From Antedon mediterranea (Eukaryota > Animalia > Echinodermata), in contig NC_092672.1 in assembly GCF_964355755.1 (NCBI RefSeq), forward strand, positions 37,268,437 through 37,332,436: a stretch of 64,000 bases of DNA, given 5' to 3'. Under the pieces are notes generated by a model, which saw nothing but the letters and a program-made list of their open reading frames with translations, was not told the origin of the DNA and ran no database searches. The position numbers and the translations under genes are program-made. Every line of letters begins with the position of its first letter. Position 1 is the stretch's first letter. This document shows positions 63,061-64,000 of this stretch, piece after piece.

Positions 63061-64000
63061 CAGTGGTGGCGCCAGCGGGGGGGGGGCGCTACGGGGGCTC
63101 TAGCCCCCTCGTCGGGGAGCCTAGCCCCCCCCCCCCCCCCCAGTCGGGGAACACGGGTACTTTTTGTCGGGGAATATAATATACACTAAAAAACGTTCGC
63201 GTTCACTACATATAGCTTCAGCGCCTAGAAAACCACGACGTTCCATTGACCGTGAGAGTACGTCAGAGGGCTATTATGCACTTATATGCATTCATTTATT
63301 GCCAGCGATCTAACTTACTACTAAACATTAGCTAGGTTCGCACTTGTCTGGCGGTATCCCTTTGTACGAATCGTTCAACGTTGGGTCGACACGCGTGATA
63401 TCAAGTTCCATCCAGGGACCAAAATGTGTAATGTAGTTATTTTCCAGGCGAAGTTTACTGACGGTTACGTCGTGTACTGCGTCGACGTACGCTACACGTA
63501 ACACTACAGCAAAAACGAATTATGTTAATTGTTCGTATGTTCACCAATTTTTTAATTTACAAGTAACATTCTGTACCGTGGGGCACCTAAAATAAATTTT
63601 TCATCCATTACTAAACAAAAAAACATGCCATTTTCGCTTAGCCAACATCTTATTATAGCTAAGTTATTACATTTTCAATGTCCTCCTGTATGTCATGAAT
63701 TTCTCACCACTCGGAAGTCCAGATGGTACGCACGCATACACTTGGGAGGAATAAACTTATTTCCCCGACTGAAAAAGGTCTACGCTTGCGTTTTTTAAGC
63801 CTCTAGGCCGGATATTTCAGCTCTAGTTTTAAACAGTTTCTTAGTTCAGCCCCAACAATAAAGCTGGTCATATTTCGAAGTACAAGAAGTGCATTTTCCG
63901 GGACGTAACATCTCTATTTTTCAAACATTTCTTAGCTCAGTCACAACCTTGATAGGGACTTATATATTTTGTTTCATGTTTTGAAGTATAATAAGTCCAA
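63061..64000. mobile_element. Probable hAT-like non-autonomous element, left end only
   Basis: Begins CAGTGGTGGCGCCAG followed by G-run/C-run palindromes (GGGGGCTCTAGCCCCC), a style of terminus common in such elements. The other end is not in the window. Confidence 0.35.

Overview
AT-rich, intron-containing animal DNA. An invertebrate deuterostome such as an echinoderm is a plausible source, but that is inference only. From left to right the window holds: (1) the 3' end of a Cys-loop (nicotinic acetylcholine receptor-like) subunit gene; (2) an 8.5-kb array of 151 copies of a 56-bp satellite; (3) a complete second nAChR-like gene that lacks the loop-C vicinal cysteines and has a decayed CR1/L2-type LINE in intron 2; (4) four tandem SLC43A3-like transporter paralogs; (5) a TSSK5-like kinase gene that runs off the window end and carries a 3.5-kb foldback (MULE-like) element in an intron. 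The highlight is a ~6.6-kb CAC-terminated DNA transposon in intron 3 of the third SLC43A3 copy. By manual splicing it encodes an uninterrupted 926-aa protein from 13 coding exons. That protein has a RAG1-like architecture: an N-terminal Chapa/RAG1-type zinc finger, a C3HC4 RING, a further zinc finger and a DDE core. Its core motifs fit Chapaev (N-RAG-TP-like) transposases better than Transib/RAG1L. The exon holding the second catalytic Asp is tandemly duplicated. The extra copy is open, in the same phase and has intact splice sites, but lacks that Asp, which suggests a mutually exclusive splice switch between active and dead transposase. All gene models were built by eye from GT-AG sites and frame continuity; no database searches were run.
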